A stretch of DNA of 64,000 nucleotides from an uncultured Candidatus Saccharibacteria bacterium (GTDB taxonomy: Bacteria; Patescibacteriota; Minisyncoccia; Phycocordibacterales; CAYSCM01): assembly GCA_964429815.1 (NCBI GenBank), contig CAYSCM010000001.1, positions 1 to 64,000 on the forward strand, given 5' to 3'. Shown one piece after another: positions 27,552 through 36,431 of this stretch; position 1 is the stretch's first letter; each line of letters begins with the position of its first letter. The position numbers and the translations under genes are program-made. The notes under the pieces are model-generated. The model was not told where the DNA came from. It did no database searches and saw nothing but the letters and a program-made list of their open reading frames with translations.

Positions 27552-28604
27552 TTATTTCCTGCGCAATTTTTTCTGAATGGGAATTTCCGCTTCGATGATG
27601 CGCTTAACGCCATCCCCAAAGGCCGCCTCCATCGAGCGCACATCCGCGACGAGCTGCTTAAACTCGGCTGGTTCCATGCTGGCCGACTGATCTGAACCAA
27701 ACATTTTTTTATCTAGGGTGACGTGGCGTTCAATGAGATGCGCACCGAGCGTGGCGGCGGCGACCGAGGTTGCAGTTCCCCGCTCGTGTCCGCTGTAGCC
27801 GACCACTACATCGGGAAACAGCCTTCGAAGGGTGTAGATCACCTTCAGGTTTAAATCTTTATCCTCAGAGGGGTAGGTCGAAACGGTATGAAGGAGGATC
27901 AAGTTTTCAGTACCGAGGAGATTGACTGCGGCGTGCACTTCTTCCATGGAACTCATGCCTGTTGAAAGAATGACCGGCTTTTTGCAAACATCCTTAATTT
28001 TTATGAGAAGCCCGTGGTCAGTGATGCTTGCTGAAGCAACTTTCAAGCAAGGCACCCCCAGTCGCTCCAGCACGTCAACGCTTTCCTCATCCCACGGCGA
28101 AGCGAACGCGAGGATCCCCTTCGCGTTTGCGTAGGAGAACAGGTCCCGGTACTCATCTTCCGTAAATTCGAGTGCCCACTTCAAGTCACCGTTGGTGCTG
28201 TCTTTAAAATCGCTCTTGCGCAGTCGCGCAACTGCCTCCTTTCCAAGAACACCCCGCTTGACTGCATTTTCGAGTACCGCGCGGTCAACAGGGCGCGGCT
28301 TTGCGAGTTCTTCGGCAGAATAGACGACCGGTACCGTGCGCTTTTGAAATTTAACGGCCTGTGCACCAGCTTCTACGGCCGCATCGATGAGGCGCTTTGC
28401 AATCTCGACATCCCCGTTGTGGTTTATGCCGATTTCGGCAATGAAAAAAATGGGATGCTCCTTCCCAACCGGGATACCTCCTACGTGGACGGTTTTCGGA
28501 ACTGGGGAGTGAAAACCGAGGAGTCGGCGCACGCTGCCTGAAATGCTCATGGGGGACACTATACTGCGCATATATATATGTTGTAAACGGTGGTTACTTA
28601 ACAA
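27552..28604 (-). CDS. N-acylneuraminate/ulosonic-acid synthase family (NeuB/PseI/LegI-like); alternative starts at 28571 or 28550
   Basis: IFFIAEIGINHNGDVEIAKRLIDAAVEAGAQAVKFQK, C-terminal SAF domain. Confidence 0.85.
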   Translation of the reverse strand: MLSNHRLQHIYMRSIVSPMSISGSVRRLLGFHSPVPKTVHVGGIPVGKEHPIFFIAEIGINHNGDVEIAKRLIDAAVEAGAQAVKFQKRTVPVVYSAEELAKPRPVDRAVLENAVKRGVLGKEAVARLRKSDFKDSTNGDLKWALEFTEDEYRDLFSYANAKGILAFASPWDEESVDVLERLGVPCLKVASASITDHGLLIKIKDVCKKPVILSTGMSSMEEVHAAVNLLGTENLILLHTVSTYPSEDKDLNLKVIYTLRRLFPDVVVGYSGHERGTATSVAAATLGAHLIERHVTLDKKMFGSDQSASMEPAEFKQLVADVRSMEAAFGDGVKRIIEAEIPIQKKLRRK

Positions 28605-28695
28605 TAGACAACTCCGAGAGTCAACGCGAGGTTACACCTCCCTCCACAAATGGAAAGGCGCCGACGATTGCCCGTCGGCGCCCACGTGAAAGGCC

Positions 28696-29409
28696 CTAGC
28701 CGATCACGATCTTCTTCAATTCCTCCCAAGAACGGACAAACTCGGCCTTGCGCTGTTTGAACACGTCCTCGCTTTGCTCGAGAGTTTCGAGAATGAAGCT
28801 GTCGATCTCCACGAGGCACTTGCCAAGTCCTAGTTCGGACTCGTCGGAGGTGTCGATGAGAAGGGGCTGATAGAGCAGTGGGAACTCAAATTGCTCGAGC
28901 GCTCCGCGAATACCGGTGAGATCAAAAATAGAGGCATTCGACTTGCGCCGCTCTTCCATGGAGCGATTCGCGCGATCGACGATCACCTCGGTTGCGGCAT
29001 AGAGGAGCACGACCTTTGGCTTGACGGAGCTTGGGGTCGCCGGTTCAGGCAACTCGTCACGCACGCGGGCCTCCGCTTCGATCGCCTTCACGTACGCGTC
29101 GGCGCGAGCGACCATGTCGAGAAAAGGCTTCTGATGTCCCTTTTCGGTGAGCATCACGGCTTCGGTCGCGACCATGGGAGCCCCGAGGACGAGAGCTTCG
29201 AGGATTGCATTGCGGACCTTTTCGTTTTTGTAGAGGTGCTCGCTCTTGGTTACGTGGGTGTCCCCGCGGTCTCCGTAGAGCTTCTTGCGGATGTCATCCA
29301 TCCGGACAAGGGTTGCCCCTTTCGCGTACGGAGCCTCGAGCACCCTGTTGAGAATCGTGGACTTGCCGGCATAGGGCATGCCGGAAGCGACAAACACCGT
29401 ACGGTCCAT
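28696..29409 (-). CDS. P-loop NTPase kinase (AAA_33/zeta-toxin-like), paralog A
   Basis: Walker A GMPYAGKST; C-terminal PLLYQPLLIDTSDES shared with 29571..30203. Confidence 0.6.
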   Translation of the reverse strand: MDRTVFVASGMPYAGKSTILNRVLEAPYAKGATLVRMDDIRKKLYGDRGDTHVTKSEHLYKNEKVRNAILEALVLGAPMVATEAVMLTEKGHQKPFLDMVARADAYVKAIEAEARVRDELPEPATPSSVKPKVVLLYAATEVIVDRANRSMEERRKSNASIFDLTGIRGALEQFEFPLLYQPLLIDTSDESELGLGKCLVEIDSFILETLEQSEDVFKQRKAEFVRSWEELKKIVIG

Positions 29410-29468
29410 GGGACCTCCTTATTTTGATTTTCCTTTCTGGATAGCATTTTACACTAGCGTCTACGCCA

Positions 29469-29514
29469 TGTCAAATTTTGCCATCTATATAATGCCGCGT
29501 CAAATTTGACAATA
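29469..29514. promoter_or_regulatory. Divergent promoter/operator region: half-site TGTCAAATTTT (29469-29479), TATATAAT box (29486-29493), perfect 12-bp palindrome GTCAAATTTGAC (29499-29510)
   Basis: Seen directly in the 161-bp AT-rich spacer between the divergent kinase paralogs. Confidence 0.5.
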
Positions 29515-29570
29515 AAAAAATTAATGTAGAGTATTCGCGGCAAGAACCCACCAGCCCCAAGGAGCGCGAG

Positions 29571-30203
29571 ATGAAGCACCTATACCTTCTTTCTGGGCTT
29601 GGCACCAGCGGCAAGGATTACTGGGCGCAGCGGATACTCGCCTGGTACAAGGAAGAGCGCCCCGAGCTCATCACGGCATTCGTCGGTATCTCGCAGGCCC
29701 GCCTCAAGTACTGGGGCAAAAGCGCCGGCATGACGGACGCAGACCACCTGCTCAAAAACGAGATCACGCTCACCGATGTTGCGGTCGAGTTTATGGCGAA
29801 GAATACCGACGTGGTCGTCCTCAACATGACCATGCTCACGGTGCTGCAACACCAGGTACCGTTCATGGCGATGCTGAACAAGACTCGCGCGCTCCTTGCC
29901 CTCAAGGAGCGCGAGCTCCGGCACCGCTTCCCCGGGCGGACTCCGGAGGAAGCGGGCATCGAGCTGCGCGCGATGGTCTTTACCTGCGATTTCGAGACGA
30001 CCAAGCGCCGCATCGAGGCTCGCAATCGGGGGGAGAACAAATCTGGCGGGATTCTCGATATCGCCGAGTTCGAAAAGGGCCGCAAAGCCTTCGAACTCCC
30101 GGCTCTCTACGAGGCCATCACGGTCGATACCTCGGACGAGTCCCCCTCGTACGAGATGGCCAGGAACGTTACGATCCGTAACCACATTGGCTTCCCTACT
30201 TGA
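29571..30203 (+). CDS. P-loop NTPase kinase, paralog B
   Basis: Walker A SGLGTSGKDY; C-terminal PALYEAITVDTSDES. Confidence 0.6.
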   Translation: MKHLYLLSGLGTSGKDYWAQRILAWYKEERPELITAFVGISQARLKYWGKSAGMTDADHLLKNEITLTDVAVEFMAKNTDVVVLNMTMLTVLQHQVPFMAMLNKTRALLALKERELRHRFPGRTPEEAGIELRAMVFTCDFETTKRRIEARNRGENKSGGILDIAEFEKGRKAFELPALYEAITVDTSDESPSYEMARNVTIRNHIGFPT

Positions 30204-30226
30204 TTCGGGGTTGCTCGAATCAGAAA

Positions 30227-30252
30227 GCCCCGACGTACGTCGGGGCTTTTTT
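30227..30252. terminator. Bidirectional rho-independent terminator: palindrome GCCCCGACGTACGTCGGGGC followed by TTTTTT
   Basis: Seen directly; lies between the convergent genes 29571..30203 (+) and 30251..31213 (-). Confidence 0.65.
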
Positions 30253-31213
30253 ATGTCACTTTTTGTGAAGGATCGAGAGCGCCCTTTTCAAGGGCCGCAA
30301 TATTTTCAAAAATCTTCGCAAATGCTTCCTGCTTCCACTCGCGGGTGTTCGTAGCCACGTGCGGAGACACGATGACCTTTTTGTGAAGGACGATCTTTCG
30401 TAGTGTTTCATCTTCAAAGGGAGGTTCCTTAGAAAACACATCAAGAGCCGCCCCCGCTATCGTCCCTTTCTCAAGGGCCGCAAGGAGATCCTCCTCGTTT
30501 ACGATGCCGCCGCGGGCGGTGTTAATGAGATACGCCGAAGGTTTCATGCGCGAAAGTGACTGCACGTTGATGAGATTCCGCGTTTCGGGAGTAAGCGGGA
30601 CGTGAAGGGTCACAAAATCGCTCCTCGATATGATCTCCTGAAGTGAGGCCTTCTCCATGCCATGCTCCGCAGCAAATTCTTGATCGAAGTTAGTGTCGAA
30701 TGCCATAACGTGCATGCCAAGAGCGCCCGCCATTTTTGCCACCTCCTTGCCGATACTCCCCAAACCCACTATGCCGAGCGTCTTCCCTGCGATCGTGTCA
30801 CAAATTTCTTTCTGCCAAAGGCCTTCTCTCATGGCGTCTTGAAATTGAACTATTCGTTTTGCAAGCGCACCTATGAACGCAATGACCATTTCGGCCCCAA
30901 AACGTGCGTGGAGTTTTGGAACATTCATAACGGTAACACCGAGCTCTCGTGCGGCGGCGAGATCTATGTGATCGTACCCAACCCCAGCTGCCGAAACAAA
31001 GCGCAGCGAGGGAAATCGCCTCATCAGCGAAGCGTCAACTACTTGCGGAGCTCCGACGATGAGCCCGATCACCGAATCCGAATCAAATCCCTGCGGTGGC
31101 TTCATATCTTTGAGGAGCTTTAGCTCATAGCCCTCGGCTCGCATCGTCTCCGCGTGGACTGATTTCAAAAAAAAATCGTGGAGCCCACGACTGTTAGTAA
31201 GAATGGTCTTCAT
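30251..31213 (-). CDS. D-isomer-specific 2-hydroxyacid dehydrogenase (NAD-binding)
   Basis: GIVGLGSIGKEVAKMAGALGMHVMAFD; catalytic R/E/H region. Confidence 0.85.
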   Translation of the reverse strand: MKTILTNSRGLHDFFLKSVHAETMRAEGYELKLLKDMKPPQGFDSDSVIGLIVGAPQVVDASLMRRFPSLRFVSAAGVGYDHIDLAAARELGVTVMNVPKLHARFGAEMVIAFIGALAKRIVQFQDAMREGLWQKEICDTIAGKTLGIVGLGSIGKEVAKMAGALGMHVMAFDTNFDQEFAAEHGMEKASLQEIISRSDFVTLHVPLTPETRNLINVQSLSRMKPSAYLINTARGGIVNEEDLLAALEKGTIAGAALDVFSKEPPFEDETLRKIVLHKKVIVSPHVATNTREWKQEAFAKIFENIAALEKGALDPSQKVT

Positions 31214-31281
31214 TTCTATTACGATAGATCAAACAAGAAAAAACACAACGGGGTTACCGCTGTGTTTGAAGGTTCTTTAGG

Positions 31282-32268
31282 CTACGCTTTCGCGAGAGGT
31301 TCCCGCGAAAGCGCGCCGATCACATTTCGTAGCGAAGCCATGGCGCGTCGGTCAGAGGCTTCCTTACTCTTGGATGCAATGTGCGGGGTAAGAATCACGT
31401 TATATCCCTGCTTCGCGCAGCGCGCGAGACGCATAAACGCACTCCTGTGGTAGGGCGGTTCTGCCGAGAAGACATCGAGGGCAACACCCCCCATCTTCCC
31501 TGCTTCGACCCTATCGGCGAGCGCGTCTTCATCAACAAGAGCTCCCCGGCAGATGTTGACGAGATAGGCTCCCTCGCGCAAAAGGGAGAGCTTTTCGCGC
31601 GAGAGCATGCCACGGGTCTCTGGGGTCAGTGCGAGCGCGACCAGAATGAAGTCGCTTTTGCGAAGAACCTCCTCGAATGAGCAGAGCTTCAACACCCCTT
31701 CACGTTCGAGAAGTCGGGCTCCCTCCCGCGATGTCCTGTTCCAGCCGAGGATTGCCCCCGCACCATTTTGTTGAAGTCGCTTCGCAATTGATACCCCGAT
31801 AGCTCCGAGTCCGACGATGCCGCAGGTTGCTTCGGGAAGCCCCACACCAACAGGACGCGCATCCCACGGGCGGTTGGCATCGGCATCGCCTCCGGCGAGG
31901 AAATGGTGCCCGAGCACCACGCGCCGCCCCAAAGCAAGCACGAGGCTAAGCGCGTATTCGGACACCAATTCCGTACCGAGGTCCAAGGTGGTGACGGTGA
32001 TTCCCCGCGCGCGAGCGTACGTGAGTGGGACGTTGTTGGAGCCCGAACCGTTGCGGGCAATGGTTTTGAGGTTGACCATCCGTGCAAGCGCATCGACAGT
32101 GAGAATCTCGTGCCCAAGAAGAAGGGCGACGACCCTCTCAGGCTCCGCAAGTGCGCCTGGATTTCTTTCGTGAAGAACTTCGAGACCCGCATCCTTGGCG
32201 AGAGTCTGGAAATCCTTTTTGCCCGCATAGGTTCCGGGCGTTACGACAAGAACATTTTCTTTCTGCAT
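31282..32268 (-). CDS. D-isomer-specific 2-hydroxyacid dehydrogenase, second paralog
   Basis: GIVGLGAIGVSIAKRLQQNGAGAILGWNRTS; start at MQKENVLVV (ORF open to 32298). Confidence 0.85.
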   Translation of the reverse strand: MQKENVLVVTPGTYAGKKDFQTLAKDAGLEVLHERNPGALAEPERVVALLLGHEILTVDALARMVNLKTIARNGSGSNNVPLTYARARGITVTTLDLGTELVSEYALSLVLALGRRVVLGHHFLAGGDADANRPWDARPVGVGLPEATCGIVGLGAIGVSIAKRLQQNGAGAILGWNRTSREGARLLEREGVLKLCSFEEVLRKSDFILVALALTPETRGMLSREKLSLLREGAYLVNICRGALVDEDALADRVEAGKMGGVALDVFSAEPPYHRSAFMRLARCAKQGYNVILTPHIASKSKEASDRRAMASLRNVIGALSREPLAKA

Positions 32269-32440
32269 GCCCTTCTCCTTCTTTCGTGGCCAACTCATGG
32301 GGCCCCTCGCAGTTGTTCGGGTTTGAGACGTGCAAAATCCTGGGCCATACTACTTACCGCTTGTCAAATAGTCAACTCCCCGATCTATAAAAAGTTAAGA
32401 GCGGTCCGAAGACCGCTCTCGTAGGGCAGAAATCCGCAGG

Positions 32441-33028
32441 TTAGCCGTAGGGCAGCTCAAAGGGATCCTTCTTGTGGACGACTTCGACCAGGAAGTTCGC
32501 GAGGTCGCGAATCGCACCCTCGCCGCCTGGCCGGATGCTCACGAAGTGGCAAATCCTCTTGATGGCCTCCTCGCCGGAGATCGGCGCTGCCGAAAAGTGC
32601 ACGGCCTTGAGCATCGCGACATCGACAAGGTCGTCGCCCATGGCCCCGCATTGATTAAGTGTTCCCCCGTGTTTGGCGAGCCATTCCTTGAGCGTCTCGA
32701 GCTTCTTGGGCCCGCCGCACCCTTCGAAAAGGTCGATGGGGGGCCAGGCACCGCTTTTGCAGGAAGGGAGATTGTTCAGCCGCTCTACGAGCGCGCGGAC
32801 ACCGGCTGCGTTATCATCCTTCTCGTTGGTGATGACGCACAGGCGGATGCCGAGCGCCCGCATAAGAGAGAGCCCCTGGCCGTCGTAGTACGTGCGGATT
32901 TTGGGTTTGAATTTCACGCCCCCGATCTCGACGCCTTCCCACACGGTGTTTGGAAAAAGGCATCCGTCGGAATCAAACGCGAAGAAAGAGACTTCGCGGG
33001 CACGTTCGAGTACTTCGGTGGACCACAT
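32441..33028 (-). CDS. KdsC/YrbI-family HAD-IIIA sugar-phosphate phosphatase
   Basis: FFAFDSDGCLF (DxDGxLT-type motif I), GDDLVDVAML; start at MWSTEVL. Confidence 0.75.
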   Translation of the reverse strand: MWSTEVLERAREVSFFAFDSDGCLFPNTVWEGVEIGGVKFKPKIRTYYDGQGLSLMRALGIRLCVITNEKDDNAAGVRALVERLNNLPSCKSGAWPPIDLFEGCGGPKKLETLKEWLAKHGGTLNQCGAMGDDLVDVAMLKAVHFSAAPISGEEAIKRICHFVSIRPGGEGAIRDLANFLVEVVHKKDPFELPYG

Positions 33029-33160
33029 GGTCCCTCCTGTTTGTTTGTTGGCTACTGTTTGGCCGGACGCATTCTGACACATCCATTTTATTTGTCAATA
33101 TTCTTCCAGGCTGTCTGGCAATAGAAACCCGTGCTAAGCTTCGCGAGTAACAAACGCGCT

Positions 33161-33697
33161 ATGGACCACCTTAGTCCAGAACTTAGGAAGAAATTCTCGC
33201 AGGTACAGTTTCTCGCGCTCGACTTCGACGGCATTTTCACCACGGGCCACGTGTACGTGCGCCAAGATGGAGAAGAAAGCGTTAAGTGCGACCGGCGCGA
33301 CGGCTTTGGGATTGAGCTTCTGCGCCGAGCCGGAGCCGTTAAAGCTTGCATCATCTCGCGAGAGCCAAACCCCGTCGTGACGGCGCGCGCAAAAAAGCTC
33401 CAACTCCCGGTGTGGCAAGGGATCGAGCGCGGAGGAGGAAAGCTCGAGGTACTCAAAGCTCACGTGGCCGAGCTCGGCATTGCGCTTGAGAACGTCGCAT
33501 ACATGGGGGATGACCTCATCGACATTGCGGTGCTACGAAGCGTCGGACTCCCTATCAGCGTCCCGAACGCCCATCCGAAAGCGCAGAGAGAGGCCCTCTA
33601 CGTCACCAGAGCAGGCGGCGGGGACGGAGCGATCCGTGAGGTCGCCGAGCTTCTCTTGCTAAGCAAAGGTTTCGACCTCGAGGAGCTCTCCCGTTAG
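33161..33697 (+). CDS. KdsC/YrbI-family HAD-IIIA sugar-phosphate phosphatase, second paralog
   Basis: LALDFDGIFTTG, YMGDDLIDIAVL; ORF begins at 33131, Met at 33161 preferred. Confidence 0.75.
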   Translation: MDHLSPELRKKFSQVQFLALDFDGIFTTGHVYVRQDGEESVKCDRRDGFGIELLRRAGAVKACIISREPNPVVTARAKKLQLPVWQGIERGGGKLEVLKAHVAELGIALENVAYMGDDLIDIAVLRSVGLPISVPNAHPKAQREALYVTRAGGGDGAIREVAELLLLSKGFDLEELSR

Positions 33698-33737
33698 CCC
33701 AGTGACCCTTTATATGCGTGGTATGGTTATCTCACCT

Positions 33738-34454
33738 ATGAAAAACGATGTCGTGCTAGTGATCCCGGCTCGCGGTGGAAGCAAGGGAGTGCCGCGGAAA
33801 AATATCCGCCCGCTCTATGGAAAGCCCTTGGTTGCCTACACCATTGAAGCGGCGCTTTCCTCAGGAGCCATTAGCCGCGTTATTGTCTCGACCGATGATC
33901 AAGAGATTGGAGCAGTGGCAGAAAAATTTGGTGCGGAGTATCTTGACCGACCGAAAGAAATTTCCGGTGATAAGGTGACACTCGAGCCGGTGATTAAACA
34001 CGCTCTTGCGGCGCTAAAAGAAAAGGAAAACTACGTACCCACCTACATTGCCTGCATTCAGCCGACTTCCCCACTCCTTAGTGGAGATGTTATACGACGT
34101 TGTGTGGAAAAACTTACAAAAGAAAATTTTGATTCATGCATTACTGCGTTTTTGCCTGACACCTACGAATGGAAGTGGAGTCCAATCGTCAAAGACGGTA
34201 AAGAAGTCGGCTTCGAACCTGAACGACCTGTTATGAAGCGCGTGGTGCGGCAAGATTTGCCCAAGGTTTACCACGAGAACGGCGCCTTTTACGTCACCAA
34301 GACCTCACTTTTTAACGAAATCGGCCATCGCTGGGGAGGCAAGATGGCGATCGTTGAGATGACGCAGTTGAATTCTATACAAGTCGATAGCGAAGACCAA
34401 TTCTGGTTTATTGAACAGATCCTCCGCAAGCGCGAAAAAGACAACAAATCGTAG
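33738..34454 (+). CDS. Acylneuraminate/ulosonic-acid cytidylyltransferase, second copy
   Basis: VLVIPARGGSKGVPRKNIRPLYGKPLVAYTIEAA, VVSTDDQEI; ORF begins at 33702. Confidence 0.85.
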   Translation: MKNDVVLVIPARGGSKGVPRKNIRPLYGKPLVAYTIEAALSSGAISRVIVSTDDQEIGAVAEKFGAEYLDRPKEISGDKVTLEPVIKHALAALKEKENYVPTYIACIQPTSPLLSGDVIRRCVEKLTKENFDSCITAFLPDTYEWKWSPIVKDGKEVGFEPERPVMKRVVRQDLPKVYHENGAFYVTKTSLFNEIGHRWGGKMAIVEMTQLNSIQVDSEDQFWFIEQILRKREKDNKS

Positions 34455-34564
34455 CCGCAGTCACTAGACAAATCATCGATTTTCTGGTCTATTGACACCA
34501 GTAACAGATCGCCCTCTAAAAATGTTTAGAGGGTAGGCTCTTTTACAGTTTACAGGAGGAACCA

Positions 34565-36307
34565 ATGACTCTCGAGCTCAGGGACTTTGTCCCGAAGAAG
34601 GCCCTCGGGCTCCATCCCGCCGACGTTGTCGCTGGGATTCCCTGGGGAGGACTCTCCGGTATGCGGGTGTGTTTCATCAACATGCCACTGCGGGAGTCCG
34701 CGAAGCCAAATACCCCGCCGCAAGGTCCCGGCCTTATGGCGGCCCGTCTTATGCAGTATGGCGCTGACGTCTCGATTATCGACCTCAACGGCTACCGTAT
34801 CGATGACGAAGAAGCGCACAAGCGCGGACTCGTCAATGGCCGACACGTCTCCCACAATGAGGCGCGTCAGCTCATCGAGGCGACTTTCCACAAGTTCGGC
34901 GAACCGCACGTGATTGGCCTTTCGGGGAAAATCACGACGTTGCGCTGGCAGGAGTGGACCGCCAAGACGTGTCGTTCGCTCGCTCCAGAGGCGTTTCTCA
35001 TCTCCGGCGGTGGGCTCGCGACCGAGTTCAAAGAAGGACTCTTCAGCTGGGTGCCGCAGCTCGACGCGGTCGGCCACTCGGAAGGCGACGACATCATGGT
35101 CGCCTGCGTGAATGACGTTCGCAAGAGCGGAGGCAAGCGCGAGCGCATGACCGACTCGCCCTACTACGTGGGCGAAATCGGCGGACGCCACCGCTTCCTC
35201 TATGCGGGCGATCGACCAAGGGACCTCGATGCGCTACCGTTTGCTGCGCTCGAACTTCTCGAAGAAGACGTCTTTGGCAATCGCATACTCGACGAGTACA
35301 TCGCGACCCCCGTATGGGGACTCGCGGCGAACAACTCGTCGGCGGCACCTTTCGAGATGAGGAAGTCTCTCACGACCGTCTCCTCTCGCGGCTGTCCGTA
35401 TGCCTGCGCGTTCTGCTTCCGTGGAGCGCAAGGCGAGCAAAAGTGGGGGATCCGCTCCCCCGAGAACCTGCGAGCCGAAGCCGAGTGGATGATTCGGAAG
35501 TATGGCGTGGATTTCATCGGGTTTCCCGATGACAACTTTGCCGTAAGCGTCAAGCGCTGCCAATCGCTTCCGGAGGCCTTTGACGGGCTCTCGTTTCGTT
35601 GGGGCACGCATACGCGCCTTGACGAATGCACGCTCGATCGGATCGTGCCCATGGCGAAAGCTGGGTGCATCTATATCGGCGTCGGTGCCGAATCGGCCTC
35701 GAAACACACCCTCTACCGCATGAAAAAGGGCGGACACATCGTCCGCAAGGACGGCGTGGAGCGTCTCACGAAATGGAACGGGTTCGAATTTCCGACAACG
35801 ATGATCGAGGGGATTCGAAATTGCCGAGACGTGGGTATCCACGTGAACGCGACCTGGATCATGGGATACCCAGGGGAAACCTTGGAGGACCTCAAGACCT
35901 CGGTTGCTTTCATTTCCTGGCAACAGGAGCACTACACCAAGGGATTGGTGCCCGGCACGCCGGAGTATCAAAATGCCTCGGCGTCGGTGAATCGACGCAT
36001 GTTCACGGCGACGTGGTATCCGGGGACCACCATGGTGGAAGCCCCCGAAGCCACGAAACCGCGGGAGCTCCTCGGCGAGCACTTCGGGATTCGTTTCGTC
36101 GAGAAAGGAAGCGGGCATGCACACAAGTTCGTCCCCGTTCCCGACGACGCAATGAAAGCCTATGTGCTGGAACTCGATGACGCGACTAAGATCCTCCACG
36201 GATCCGACGGAGCGCCCATCAACTACTCGGACATGCCGGAGGAGGTCTTCCTCGAGGCCCGTAGTCACATCGATTCGGGTCAAACGGAAAAGATCCTGTC
36301 GATGTAA
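34565..36307 (+). CDS. B12-binding-domain radical SAM enzyme
   Basis: 580 aa; N-terminal B12-binding-like region, CxxxCxxC cluster SSRGCPYACAFCF. Confidence 0.85.
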   Translation: MTLELRDFVPKKALGLHPADVVAGIPWGGLSGMRVCFINMPLRESAKPNTPPQGPGLMAARLMQYGADVSIIDLNGYRIDDEEAHKRGLVNGRHVSHNEARQLIEATFHKFGEPHVIGLSGKITTLRWQEWTAKTCRSLAPEAFLISGGGLATEFKEGLFSWVPQLDAVGHSEGDDIMVACVNDVRKSGGKRERMTDSPYYVGEIGGRHRFLYAGDRPRDLDALPFAALELLEEDVFGNRILDEYIATPVWGLAANNSSAAPFEMRKSLTTVSSRGCPYACAFCFRGAQGEQKWGIRSPENLRAEAEWMIRKYGVDFIGFPDDNFAVSVKRCQSLPEAFDGLSFRWGTHTRLDECTLDRIVPMAKAGCIYIGVGAESASKHTLYRMKKGGHIVRKDGVERLTKWNGFEFPTTMIEGIRNCRDVGIHVNATWIMGYPGETLEDLKTSVAFISWQQEHYTKGLVPGTPEYQNASASVNRRMFTATWYPGTTMVEAPEATKPRELLGEHFGIRFVEKGSGHAHKFVPVPDDAMKAYVLELDDATKILHGSDGAPINYSDMPEEVFLEARSHIDSGQTEKILSM

Positions 36308-36325
36308 TCCAGTTCTCTCACTCAG

Positions 36326-36358
36326 GGACCGCAGCAATGCGGTCCTTTTTTATTTTTA
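36326..36358 (+). terminator. Rho-independent terminator GGACCGCA-gcaa-TGCGGTCC + TTTTTTATTTTTA
   Basis: Seen directly 19 nt after the radical SAM stop. Confidence 0.7.
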
Positions 36359-36431
36359 TGGTCGTTCGCATCCTCATCCTGACCAATCATCGTGCTTTTT
36401 GATGTGAGCGTGCTTTAGGTATAGTGGAGCG

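Noticed and set aside
29580-30185. 201-aa minus-strand ORF
   Set aside because: Antisense to the P-loop kinase paralog B.
35234-36337. 367-aa minus-strand ORF
   Set aside because: Antisense to the radical SAM gene; Arg-rich junk composition.
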